Below are positions 1 through 12,100 of a stretch of 64,000 nucleotides of DNA, piece after piece; position 1 is the first letter of the stretch, and each line of letters starts with the position of its first letter. The notes beneath the pieces are model-generated. The model was given only the letters and a program-made list of their open reading frames with translations, ran no database searches and had not been told where the DNA came from. A program made the position numbers and the translations under genes. Source of the DNA: Laetmonice hystrix (taxonomy: Eukaryota); contig OZ249436.1 in the NCBI GenBank assembly GCA_965235115.1, positions 16,928,001-16,992,000 on the forward strand. Direction: 5' to 3'.

Positions 1-177
1 ACGTTATTGCCAGTGGTGCTGGGCACGGCGATGTTAAGGCTAAGGTTTTGGTCGTGCTTGGTGACCCGTTGGGCGAGCGCCTGGTGTTGGTGGGCGGGTA
101 CCTCCAGCGACCTCCTCCCGGGGCTCCCGTGACGCATCAGGTCCTCCAGCTTGTTGTGGAGCGTCTTCATCGACAAC
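1..177 (-). CDS. RGS7-like: R7 RGS tail exon truncated by the window edge (LSMKTLHNKLEDLMRHGSPGRRSLEVPAHQHQALAQRVTKHDQNLSLNIAVPSTTGNN...)
   Basis: Acceptor atattgtag at 178, phase 2; frame open to base 1. Confidence 0.72.
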
Positions 178-3100
178 CTACAATATCACGTGGTGCAGTC
201 TCAGCTAATCACCTGCTAGACGGGTTCATGTTTATAATATACCATCATTCACAGTTATGTGTGTGCAAGATGTCGACTGAAAGATTATGGAAGGAGAGAA
301 GACTTAGCCTTAAGATTATTCATGTCCAATTGTTTATGGCCAAAGCCAAAGCGAAGAGCAATTCATTGCCAACACTTTCCAATGATTTAATGCAATAAAA
401 AAAAAATTAAAAATAGAGCCAGTTTGAGGGTCCGATGATATGTATGAAGATCACGTGATACGTTAGATGATATCTCACTCACCCCTTCTTGTTTTCACCC
501 TTCACATCGCCAGTACTCCTGCAACGTGACAGTTCAATGGATCAGTTCCCACGGGTTGAGGTTGTAGGTTGATTAACAGGGTTAATTAACATCCCAGCCC
601 TGACCTACTACAGGCTTAATGAGGGTTGACCTGTTAGAGCCTAGAGCAGTCCCGTCTCACCTCCATTAATAACACCTCCTATACCCAAATCATGATATGT
701 TTAAACCTTCTATCGTCATCAATATAGGAGTATAAGACTGTCGGACAGGAGCACACCAAGGATTAACCTCGGGTTTAGGTCAAAGTGGAGGTTAACCCTT
801 GCTGTCCTCACCCACCCACAGCCACACTCACCCAAAGGGCGACGACTTGTTCGACTTGCCGTTGATATCTAGCTCATGGAGGTTTCCGGTGCTGAAGGAA
901 TGCTGGGATAGCCCGGCTTCCGTCGTCATCTTGGTTGCGACGTTCATGTCGTCCGAGGCACTACCGCGTCGTTTGGGCTTCGGGCTCGGGTTGGGAGACT
1001 TCTTCTTGGTTCCTCCAAAATTAAAAAATCTTCAAACGGAAAAACAAAGTCGTAATGTTTAAATATATCATACTGGAATGGAAGGTCTTTACCTACGGTT
1101 ATTCTGATAAATTAAAGCTATATTTAGTATCTGTAACCTTTCTTAAATCTTCGACTACAGAGAGTCTGACGTGATTTGACTGACAGTGAAGAGGAGTTTA
1201 AAAAAAGAAAGAAAGAGAGGCACAGACTTACTTTTTCTTCGGGCATGGGTTGACAGCATTAGCGAGGAGATACTTAAAGTGGTCGGACCGAATGAAGCGG
1301 TTATAACTGTCTTTCTTCATCAGCGTGTAAATATGGTCCTGGGCCTTGTCCATGGTAAACCTGGGCCAGAGACACACGTAATTATATCAGGGCCTTGTCC
1401 ATGGTAAACCTGGGCCAGAGACACACGTAATTATATCTGGGCCTTGTCCATGGTAAACCTGGGCCAGAGACACACGTAATTATATCTGGGCCTTGTCCAT
1501 GGTAAACCTGGGCCAGAGACACACGTAATTATATCAGGGCCTTGTCCATGGTAAACCTGGGCCAGAGACACACGTAATTATATCAGGGCCTTGTCCATGG
1601 TAAACCTGGGCCAGAGACACACGTAATTATATCAGGGCCTTGTCCATGGTAAACCTGGGCCAGAGACACACGTAATTATATCTGGGCCTTGTCCATGGTA
1701 AACCTGGGCCAGAGACACACGTAATTATATCAGGGCCTTGTTAATGGTAAACCTGGGCCAGAGACGCACGTAATTATATCAGGGCCTTGTCCATGGTAAA
1801 CCTGGGCCAGAGACACACGTAATTATATCAGGGCCTTGTCCATGGTAAACCTGGGCCAGAGACACACGTCATTATATCAGGGCCTTGTCCATGGTAAACC
1901 TGGGCCAGAGACACACGTCATTATATCAGGGCCTTGTTAATGGTAAACCTGGGCCAGAGACACACGTAATTATATCAGGGCCTTGTCCATGGTAAACCTG
2001 GGGCCAGAGACACACGTAATTATATCAGGGCCTTGTTAATGGTAAACCTGGGCCAGAGACACACGTAATTATATCAGGGCCTTGTCCATGGTAAACCTGG
2101 GCCAGAGACACACGTAATTATATCAGGGCCTTGTCCATGGTAAATCTGGGGCCAGAGACACACGTAATTATATCAGGGCCTTGTTAATGGTAAACCTGGG
2201 CCAGAGACACACGTAATTATATCAGGGCCTTGTTAATGGTAAACCTGGGCAAGAGACGCACGTAATTATATCAGGGCCTTGTCCATGGTAAACCTGGGCC
2301 AGAGACACACGTAATTATATCAGGGCCTTGTCCATGGTAAATCTGACCCAGAGACACACGTAATTATATCAGGGCCTTGTCTATGGTAAATCTGACCCAG
2401 AGACACACGTAATTATATCAGGGCCTTGTCCATGGTAAATCTGACCCAGAGACACACGTAATTATATCAGGGCCTTGTCCATGGTAAACCTGGGCCAGAG
2501 GCACACGTAATTATATCAGGGCCTTGTCCATGGTAAAAACGATGATATTTCTACGTCTTTGAGGGTATAAGATATAAGATGGTCATATAAGAGGTAGAAG
2601 TACTTTCTGTACATTATCCTACTTAACCTTTCCTTAAAGCCGATTGGTGTTCGGGACTATGAACCAGTGCTCCGACCTCACATAGATTTAGGTATAGGGT
2701 AGACCACCGGGACTATGAACTATACCGACCTGTCCGGATGTTTGAGGTGTTGCACCGTGTATTCCATGGTCCGAGCGTCGATGTTGATCTCATGGGGCGC
2801 TCCCGACGCCAGGAACTCTCTGAGAATGACAACGACATAGAATACAGTGACCATGCAGGCGGTCACACAGATCATATTACATTCTGGACGTTTGTCTTAC
2901 AGCGACGTCTACTCTGGGATCAACAACATAGTTACCGCAAAATGAGTCTGCATGATTTCCCAAGGTGTAATTATACTTACGTCATGGATACCGGGATGGC
3001 TTCAGAGTCACGTGACCGGGATTTGTGGGTCAGGTGACCGGGATCTGAGGGTCCCGTAACGGGGTGACTGGATCACGTTACTTGGATTAGTGGATCATGT

Positions 3101-6100
3101 GACGGTGGAGATTGTGGATCACATGGTTCTACCTACCTGTATATATCATGAGCCACCTCGCCCACCTTGGAGAGGGCTGACGCTCGGAGCTGTTCGCACG
3201 CCTGCCAGAAGTGAAGGTTTTCCGAACTGTACTCCTTTGTGAGGAAGAGTTCAAATTGGTGGCGACCCTTGGGGTCAGCGAGTACCTCCTGGATGTTGTA
3301 TGCCCACCGCCGGACCTGGCGCTCGGTCGGCGTCGTCGCTCTGTATGGGACACCACATAGGGAGCTGTCGTCAGAGACGGGTACGCAATGCTAGTGTCTC
3401 TTTAAATTACTTAACTGAAAAGTGAGATTCTTATATCTGTATCAAGTTATGGGACACTACTACAAACGTACTAATAAACCTAACGGTGCGACTTTTTTTT
3501 CTCGGTTTACTGGGTTTACACCCCCTGCATGGATGGGGTTAGGTAGGTTAGGGGTGAGTAGAGGATGAGGATGAGTAGGAGATGAGGAGGGTGAATAAGG
3601 GATGAGGATGAGTAGGAGATGTGGGTGAGTAAGGGTGAGGAGGGTGAGTAAGGGAAGGGGTGAGGAGGGTGAGTAGGGGGTGAGGAGGGGTGAGGAGGGT
3701 GATTAGGGAGTGAGGAGGGTGAGGAGAGTGAGGAGGGGTGGGTAAGGGGTGATACGAACCCCTCAGAGTGGAGCTGCCAGTGTGTGATGTCGTCGGTAAT
3801 CCAGGGATTCGAGGGCTGCGGCTGGCAGAGGAACGGGTCGTGCTCGTAGAACTGCTCTGCCCTCTGCTGGAGGCTGGAACAAACAACGATACGCTGAGGT
3901 ACATGGAGACAAACCCTGACTACACAGACACCTCGGCCCTCTGCTGGAGGCTGGAACAAACAACGATACGCTGAGGTACATGGAGACAAACCCTGACTAC
4001 ACAGACACCTCGGCCCTCTGCTGGAGGCTGGAACAAACAACGATACGCTGAGGTACATGGAGACAAACCCTGACTACACAGACACCTCGGCCCTCTGCTG
4101 GAGGCTGGAACAAACAACGATACGCTGAGGTACATGAAGACAAACCCTGACTACACAGACACCTCGGCCCTCTGCTGGAGGCTGGAACAAACAACGATAC
4201 GCTGAGGTACATGGAGACAAACCCTGACTACACAGACACCTCGGCCCTCTGCTGGAGGCTGGAACAAACAACGATACGCTGAGGTACATGGAGACAAACC
4301 CTGACTACACAGACACCTCGGCCCTCTGCTGGAGGCTGGAACAAACAACGATACGCTGAGGTACATGGAGACAAACCCTGACTACACAGACACCTCGGCC
4401 CTCTGCTGGAGGCTACAACAAACAACGGTACGTTGGGCTTCACGGAGGGCATCGGGAGGAACCCTGGATACACAGGTCCCGGGTACAAACCAACACCCAC
4501 AGACACACACCCCCCCCCCCACCCTCACGGCCATACGGTCACCCCCACCCTGGTCCACACCCGCATCCTGGCCCATACCCACACCCTGGCCCATACCCAC
4601 ACCCTGGCCCACACCCGTAACCTGGCCCACACCCACATCCTGGTCCCCGCCGCATCCTGGCCCACACCCACATCATGGCCCACACCCACACCTACTTGCG
4701 TTTTACTGCCCAGAGTTAGAATGACCTGTTCAAACACCTGACTTGATGTCGTCCAAGGCCCAATGTTTCCATGGAGACTGGCGTCCCCCGGCACATCACG
4801 CATTCATTCAATATTAATGGCTCTCTATCTCCGAAGAATAGATTGCTTTTTTTCTTTACTGCCACATATATATTCATGACTCTAGATCCTTTATTTTTTG
4901 CATACCTCGACGATTTTGCCAACATTGGGAACCTTTTTACGCGATCTTCATACAGAGTGATTTCAAGACTGGTCCGTTAAACGGCTGGAGCAGGAACACG
5001 TCCTGACTCAATGGCTGCATTCGATTCGGCAACACGAATGACACGGGCTCCACTCGACCCAAAATAGAACACCCAGTGTGAGTCCCTCGGATCATGTATC
5101 TAGGTCTGGAGTATACTCCCCAGATCCTCGGGGGTTGCTCGTGTTGGATGGCCGTGACGTCATTTTATGACGTCACAGACATTCGGCGACTAGAGCCCTT
5201 GTGTTCAAGTCTATGGCAAGATGACGGACAGAAGTTAAGTTGGGTAAAGCCCCCGTCACACTTTCCCGGATCGCGCGCCGGGTCTTGTCGGATCGGAGCT
5301 ACGGGCGCATCCTTAGTGGACACTTAGCGCTTTCCTAGTAAGCCGTGATCACGTGATCGGTGACGGATCCATTACGAGTTGTTAGGTATCCTTCCCGGGT
5401 ATACGTATGTATTGGTACGTGTAGGGACGGATCACACAAGTATTGGCACGTATCCACTACGGCTTGATACGGTTTGATACGGCGTGCTACGTGTGGTACC
5501 CTACGTATTGTGACGGGTTGGTATGGCTTGCTACGGGTTGCTCAAGGTGAATCAAGGTGGCCAACGCATCCCAAACTGTTCAATCCGTAATAACCTGTCG
5601 GAGATACGTAACAACCTGTAGTAATCCGTAGTGGAACCGCATCAACCCGTAAGAGAGCCGTAGTGAGCCATAGTAAGCCGTAGCTATCCGTATTTATCCG
5701 TAACTATACGGAGTAGACTCGGAAAGCTATCCGTAACAATCCTTCTCAACCCGTAACAATGTCGTAGTAACCCCTACTGGAGCCGTGTCATCCCTTATCA
5801 GCCCGTTCTGGATACGGAGTTTCACGCATCATCGCCTTTCCAGGTCACGGAAGCTGCCGGATCGCCTTGCACTGCGGATCATTCCAAACCGTTGCTTGAT
5901 CCGGGAAAGTGTGACGGGGGCTTAAGTTTGCAACCTGCACATGCTCCATGACCTACTCCCTCGAGCCGAGTGTTAACAATCGAATACAACCCCCCACATC
6001 GGATGACCGTGAAGAAATGGAAAAATAATGGATGGCCATGGCTGGCATACACACTCTATACATCGACGTCCAACCCGGGGGAGGCGCATACACACTCTAT

Positions 6101-9100
6101 ACATCGACGTCCAACCCGGGGGAGACGACTCGTCCCCGCCCACGTCCAACCCGGGGAAGGCGACTCGTCCCCGCCGACGTCCAACCCGGGGGAGGCGACT
6201 CGTCCCCGCCGACGTCCAACCCGGGGAAGGCGACTCGTGCCCGCCGACGTCCAACCCGGGGGAGGCGACTCGTGCCCGCCGACGTCCAACCCGGGGGAGG
6301 CGGCTCGTCCCCGCCGACGTCCAACCCGGGGGAGGCGACCCGTCCCCGCCGACGTCCAACCCGGGGGAGGCGACCCGTCCCCGCCGACGTCCAGCCCGGG
6401 GAAGGCGAATCGTCCCCGCCGACGTCTAACCCGGGGAAGGCGACTCGTCCCCGCCGACGTCGAACCCGGGGGAGGCGACTCGGCCCCGCCGACGTCCAAC
6501 CCGGGGGAGGCGACTCGGCCCCGCTGACGTCCAACCCGGGGGAGGCGACTCGTCCCCGCCCACGTCCAACCCGGGAGATTAATTAACGGAGGTTTCTCTC
6601 CGAACCTGGGAACGGGGTAGACGGGGTGCGGGGGGTGTAGACGGGGGGGGGGGGGGGTAGACGGGGACAGACTGGGGTAGTCGGGGGGGGGGGTAGACGG
6701 GAGGTAGGGGTAGACGGGAAAGACGGGGGGTAGACGGGCAGACTCGGGTAGTCGGGGGGGGGGGGGTAGACGGGAGGTATAGGGGTAGGTATAGACGGGG
6801 GTAGGGGTATAGACGGGGGGTAGGGGTAGACGGGGAAAGACGGGGAAAGACGGGGCGGTAGACGGGGTAGTCGGGGGTTAAACGGGGGTGGACACCCATT
6901 TCGGCCCCAGGTGGGTGCATGGAGGGGCCCACCTGGGTCTGAAATGGGCCACACTTGGCGTACGTCAGGCCCATTTCGGGCTGAACTGGGCCTGATTTGG
7001 GAACGGTGACTTCCGACAGCTCCGTTTCCGCAAACCTGTCGAGCTCGGGCCGAATTGGATCACATGTGGGCAAAAGGAGCCCATTTCGGACTCAAGTAGG
7101 ACCCCCGGAAACCCACTAGGGTCCAAATGAGTGCCTACCCCATGGCAGGCAGAAGTCGGACCGAAGGGGGATTCCTATCGGGGGGGGGGGGCTGAATCTA
7201 ATCGAATCGGTGCCGGTTTTACCTTGTCCAGATTACGATGGACGTTATTTAGTCATGAGAGGCTGGACAGACGCCCCTAAACAACCACGTGACTAGCCCA
7301 TAAATTCTGATTGGTTAGCTTCAAATCGTTCCAATAATGTGAATTTGTTCAAAGAAATGTCACCTCAGGCGGCTCTGTGCATGGAGATGAGCAGTTTGTG
7401 GGGAGGCTTGGGCAGATACTGATGGCCCTGGGCCCCGGCCGGCCCCGGGCCCGGGCCGGCCCTGTCCCAGGGTCGGGGTTAAATGAGGTTAACAGCTACA
7501 CTAATCGGATCGCTCCGCGTGTCGGCCCCAGCCTCGCACCGGTGGGTCACGTGGTCATCAGTCTGCGCGCGCACCCTGCCATCCATACGTTAAAACCCGT
7601 GCCATCCCATTCGGCCAACCTCGGGACTGTTCGGGACATTCCTCTCGGCCATCGCACGGTCGTCGCCATGTTGGATCTTCTTTTATCACGTGAAATACAG
7701 CACTTGGTCAAATTGGCGACGGCCGACACACCGACAAAGGTGAAAGACAATAAGTGTCTGGCTTGTTTAAAAGCAGATATCCGCTTGATCTATAGGCCTA
7801 CCTCTGACAGGTTGATTAGGCATAGGCCTAGACGTCAAAGAAAATCTATTCAGGCAAATATCATACTTTTTTAGATGTTGACATTCCCATGGGCATTGTT
7901 TAGGCCTATCGTCTGGACGGTAGATCGACGCCCATTTCCGCCCATCTCGGCATGCTCGGTGGCCTATACCTTAAAAGATTGATTGAACATTTTTTGGAAA
8001 CATCAAAATTTGAGTGATAAAGTGTAGGCCGAGATGGCTATCGCTGCCAGTTATTGAGCCACATTAAGTCACATTTAGGAGGTCTTGGTCAGTTGAATGA
8101 AATCGCCCATTGGCACTGGGTAAGGTAATTTAACGGATGTCGACGTCCGTCCCACGGACGCGCTGTCTCACTCTTACTCGGGATTCCCTCGGACATATGA
8201 CGTCATTTCTTATGTCGATGCAAGCTGGTAAAGTATGATTTCTTAAATACTGCAAAACTGAATGTGTCGCGGCTGTTAAGAACGATCGAGAACGAACGAT
8301 CTTCGGAAATTATCCATCTTTCCCAATGAACAATCCCGCACTACGCGATTTGTGATGTGCCCAACCCCGTGGAATCTACGTCATATCACTACATCTTGCA
8401 AGGTCCGAGACTACATCAGCAGCGAAGCGACCGGAAGTCGAGGTTTTCCGAATGGTGCCATCCGTACGAGTACGAACCAAGTCATTGTGCCGGACTCTAA
8501 TCTGTAATGCATGAGCCATTGAGGTTATTGACTCATGGAAACACTGGACTCATCCACAACTACATGGACTCGTCACGGAAACGTCACGCCATCTCTGACG
8601 TGTAGGGGAATCGTACTACTGCTGTCATCGTAACACAGTAACCCCCCCCCCTCCTCCCGGCCAGGGGTGCGTTGCATAATAAGTCCCGCTCGTTAATTTA
8701 CCCCCCCCCCGATCCGCGCCTGGTTATGTATCGTGATACGTATCGTGTTGTGGCACGAGTGTATCGTTTCAGCCCTACTAAATCCCATGAAAGATTTTTT
8801 ATTTTTTATTTTTTAAAATTCACCTCAGAATGCTCCTTATCCAAAGTGCTATTTTTGGAAACCTGATTTGCCAGGTCTCAGCCGGGCCGTGATGGCGTGA
8901 GAGAAACAGCGTGATTTAATCAAATATGTGTTCGCAGAAGCAGCGATCAACAAGCCACAGGCATGGACAGGTACAACAGACAGATACTGACCCCTCGAGT
9001 CAAAGGACAGGCACTGACAGCACAGTGGCATGCCCTGAATCGTCAGGGGACAGGAACTGACAGCACAGGGACATGCCCTGAGTCGTCAGGGGGCAGGAAC

Positions 9101-12100
9101 TGACAGCACAGGGACATGCCCTGAGTCGTCAGGGGACAGGCACTGACAGCACAGGGACATGTCCTTAGTCTTCAGCCTGGGCCAGGCACTGACAGCACAG
9201 GGACATGTCCTGAGTCGTCAGGGGACAGGCACTAACAGCACAGGGACATGTCCTGAGTCGTCAGGGGGCAGGCACTGACAGAACAGGGACATCCTGAGTC
9301 GTCAGGGGGCAGGCACTGACAGCACAGGGACATGTCCTTAGTCTTCAGCCTGGGCCAGGCACTGACAGCACAGGGACATGTCCTGAGTCGTTAGGGGGCA
9401 GGCACTGACAGCACAGGGACATGTCCTGAGTCGTCAGGGGGCAGGCACTGACAGAACAGGGACATCCTGAGTCGTCAGGGGGCAGGCACTGACAGCACAG
9501 GGACATGTCCTTAGTCTTCAGCCTGGGCCAGGCACTGACAGCACAGGGACATGTCCTGAGTCGTTAGGGGGCAGGCACTGACAACACGGGGACATGTCCA
9601 GGGGCAGGCACTTGCAGCACAGGGACATGTCCTGAGTCGTCAAGCAGACAAAGAACAATGTCTATAATCACAGATTTCTACCACAACATATTATGTCAAG
9701 CCCCGCCCCATCACAAGGCCATCTTTGTGTAAGCCTACTGTTGCAAAGGTCCTGCCTCCCCAATAATCTTATCATTAAAGAACTTCAAGACTTCTAACTC
9801 TCAGTGTTGCTGTTTTTAAGCCAGTGTTCCGTGTAAGTACATGATCCCCACCCGACTATTTCGCCAATCTCCTCCTTCTCCTACTCCTCCCCCTCCTCCA
9901 GACGAGGACTCGTTCATGACGCGTTCTCATCTCGGACACACACTGGGTCCAACTCACCGCTGGCCACGATTTACGACCGGAGGCGGAGATGTAAACCGTA
10001 CCAGTTGTAACTGGTCGGACGTGGTTGAGCCGGGTGTGGGCCATCGGGGCTGGGCCGGGTGTTGGCCATCGTGGCTGGGCCGGCTGTGGGCCACCGTGGT
10101 TGAACCGGCTGTGGGCCACCGGGGCTGGGCCGGCTGTGGGCCACTGGGGCTGGGCCGGCTGCGGGCCACCGTGCCTGGGCCGGCTGTGGGCCACTGGGGC
10201 TGGGCCGGCTGTGGGCCACCGTGGCTGGGCCGGCTGTGGGCCACCGGGGCTGGGCCGGTTGTGGGCCACCGTGGTTGGGCCGGGTGTGGGCCACCTGGGT
10301 TGGGCCGGCTGTGGGCCACCGTGGCTGCAGCAGTTGGTCTCTTACCCGACCTGCCATGGGTCGCCCTGCCGCACAGTGCTCGACTCGTGTCAGTAGCACC
10401 GTGACGTCGTCCATGCAGGAAGAGGGCAGCCAGCCAGATCCTTGACTGGATGTCGTCCCAGTTGCCTATCACAGAGGCAAGCCAGGATCCCCAAGCCAAA
10501 TCCAAGCTTAGGACTGCCAACTAAATCCAAGCTTGGGAACACCAACCAAATCTAAGCTCACTTTGGGTCCCATGTTCACTCAGCACGGCCGAGCTGTTGC
10601 TATTACCCACTACAGATACGTGTCTGGCTGTCTGTCGTAGATGTACCCGTACCCTTCATAAATAACAAGTAACAGCACGACACTAGGAACGGACCGCCCT
10701 CTCTAATATCGCATGTAATACTGCAGTCTTTACTTCAACTGTAAACAACCAGTATAAATCTCGGTTTTATGAGTAGACAAGCCGCTAAAGTGAGGTTGTA
10801 AATTAGCGGTGCTGACTTGACAAGCTACGAGAATCCCCGGCGGTTTGCCGACCGCTCTCCGATAGGGGTCTCTATTAGAGAATGTCAGTCCTAGCAAAAC
10901 TGCACGACTGTCAACGGAGGTTCCCTCTAAATTAGACTGGGTGTTGTGTTGTTGTTGGGGTGGGGTGACCGGGGTGGGATAAATGGTTGTAGTAGGCCTA
11001 CCGATACAGAGACAAGCCCGGTGACAAGCCCAGAGGAAATATCAGCGCTGGGACGTTCAACCCTCAATCAACCCCGTAGTACAGATTTATTAAGAAAGAA
11101 CTGATCAAGCAAGTTTCATTATTCTGTAGAACCGAATAATAATATATAAGCCCAGTTGTAGTACCGAGATAGAGAAGCCCGGTTGTACTACGATATAAGC
11201 CCGGTTGTAGTACAGGCAGACGGAGAAGCCCGGTTGTAGTACCGGTATATACAAAGAAGCCCGGTTGGACTACGATATAAGCCAGGTTGTAGTACAGGCA
11301 GACGGAGAAGCCCGGTTGTAGTACCGGTATACAGAGAGTACCGGTATACAGAGAAGCCCGGTTGGACTACGATATAAGCCAGGTTGTAGTACAGGCAGAC
11401 GGAGAAGTCCGGTTGTAGTACCGGTATATACAAAGAAGCCCGGTTGGACTACGATATAAGCCAGGTTGTAGTACAGGCAGACGGAGAAGCCCGGTTGTAG
11501 TACCGGTATACAGAGAGTACCGGTATACAGAGAAGCCCGGTTGTAGTACCGGTATACAGAGAGTACCGGTATACAGAGAAGCCCGGTTGTAGTACCGGTA
11601 TACAGAGAAGCCCGGTTGTAGTACCGGTATATACAAAGAAGCCCGGTTGTACTACGATATAAGCCCGGTTGTAGTACAGGCAGACGGAGAAGTCCGGTTG
11701 TAGTACCGGTATACAGAGAAGCCCGGTTGGACTACGATATAAGCCAGGTTGTAGTACAGGTAGACGGAGAAGCCCGGTTGTACTACGATAAAAGCCCGTT
11801 TGTATAGTACAGGTATACAGAGAAGTCCGGTTGTACTACGACATAAGCCCGGTTCTAGTACCGGTATACGGAGAAGCCCGGTTGTAGTACCGGAGATAAG
11901 TACCAGTATATCAAGGGGACAAGGCTGTCCAGCCAGCCCCTAATGTCCTGACTGGCCTTTGGTCTCAGCGAAATGACCCCGGACAGAAGAGCTACAACAT
12001 CAATGAAACACCCCGCCCATACAAACGACCTCATTGACCTTTACTCGACCTACCTTTCTGCTGCCTTTGAAGTCTTCATCCGCGCTTGCTTCAAACAATG

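Noticed and set aside
6895..7150. Imperfect hairpins (cccatttc...gaaatggg), possibly a MITE interior
   Set aside because: Could not define termini or a TSD.
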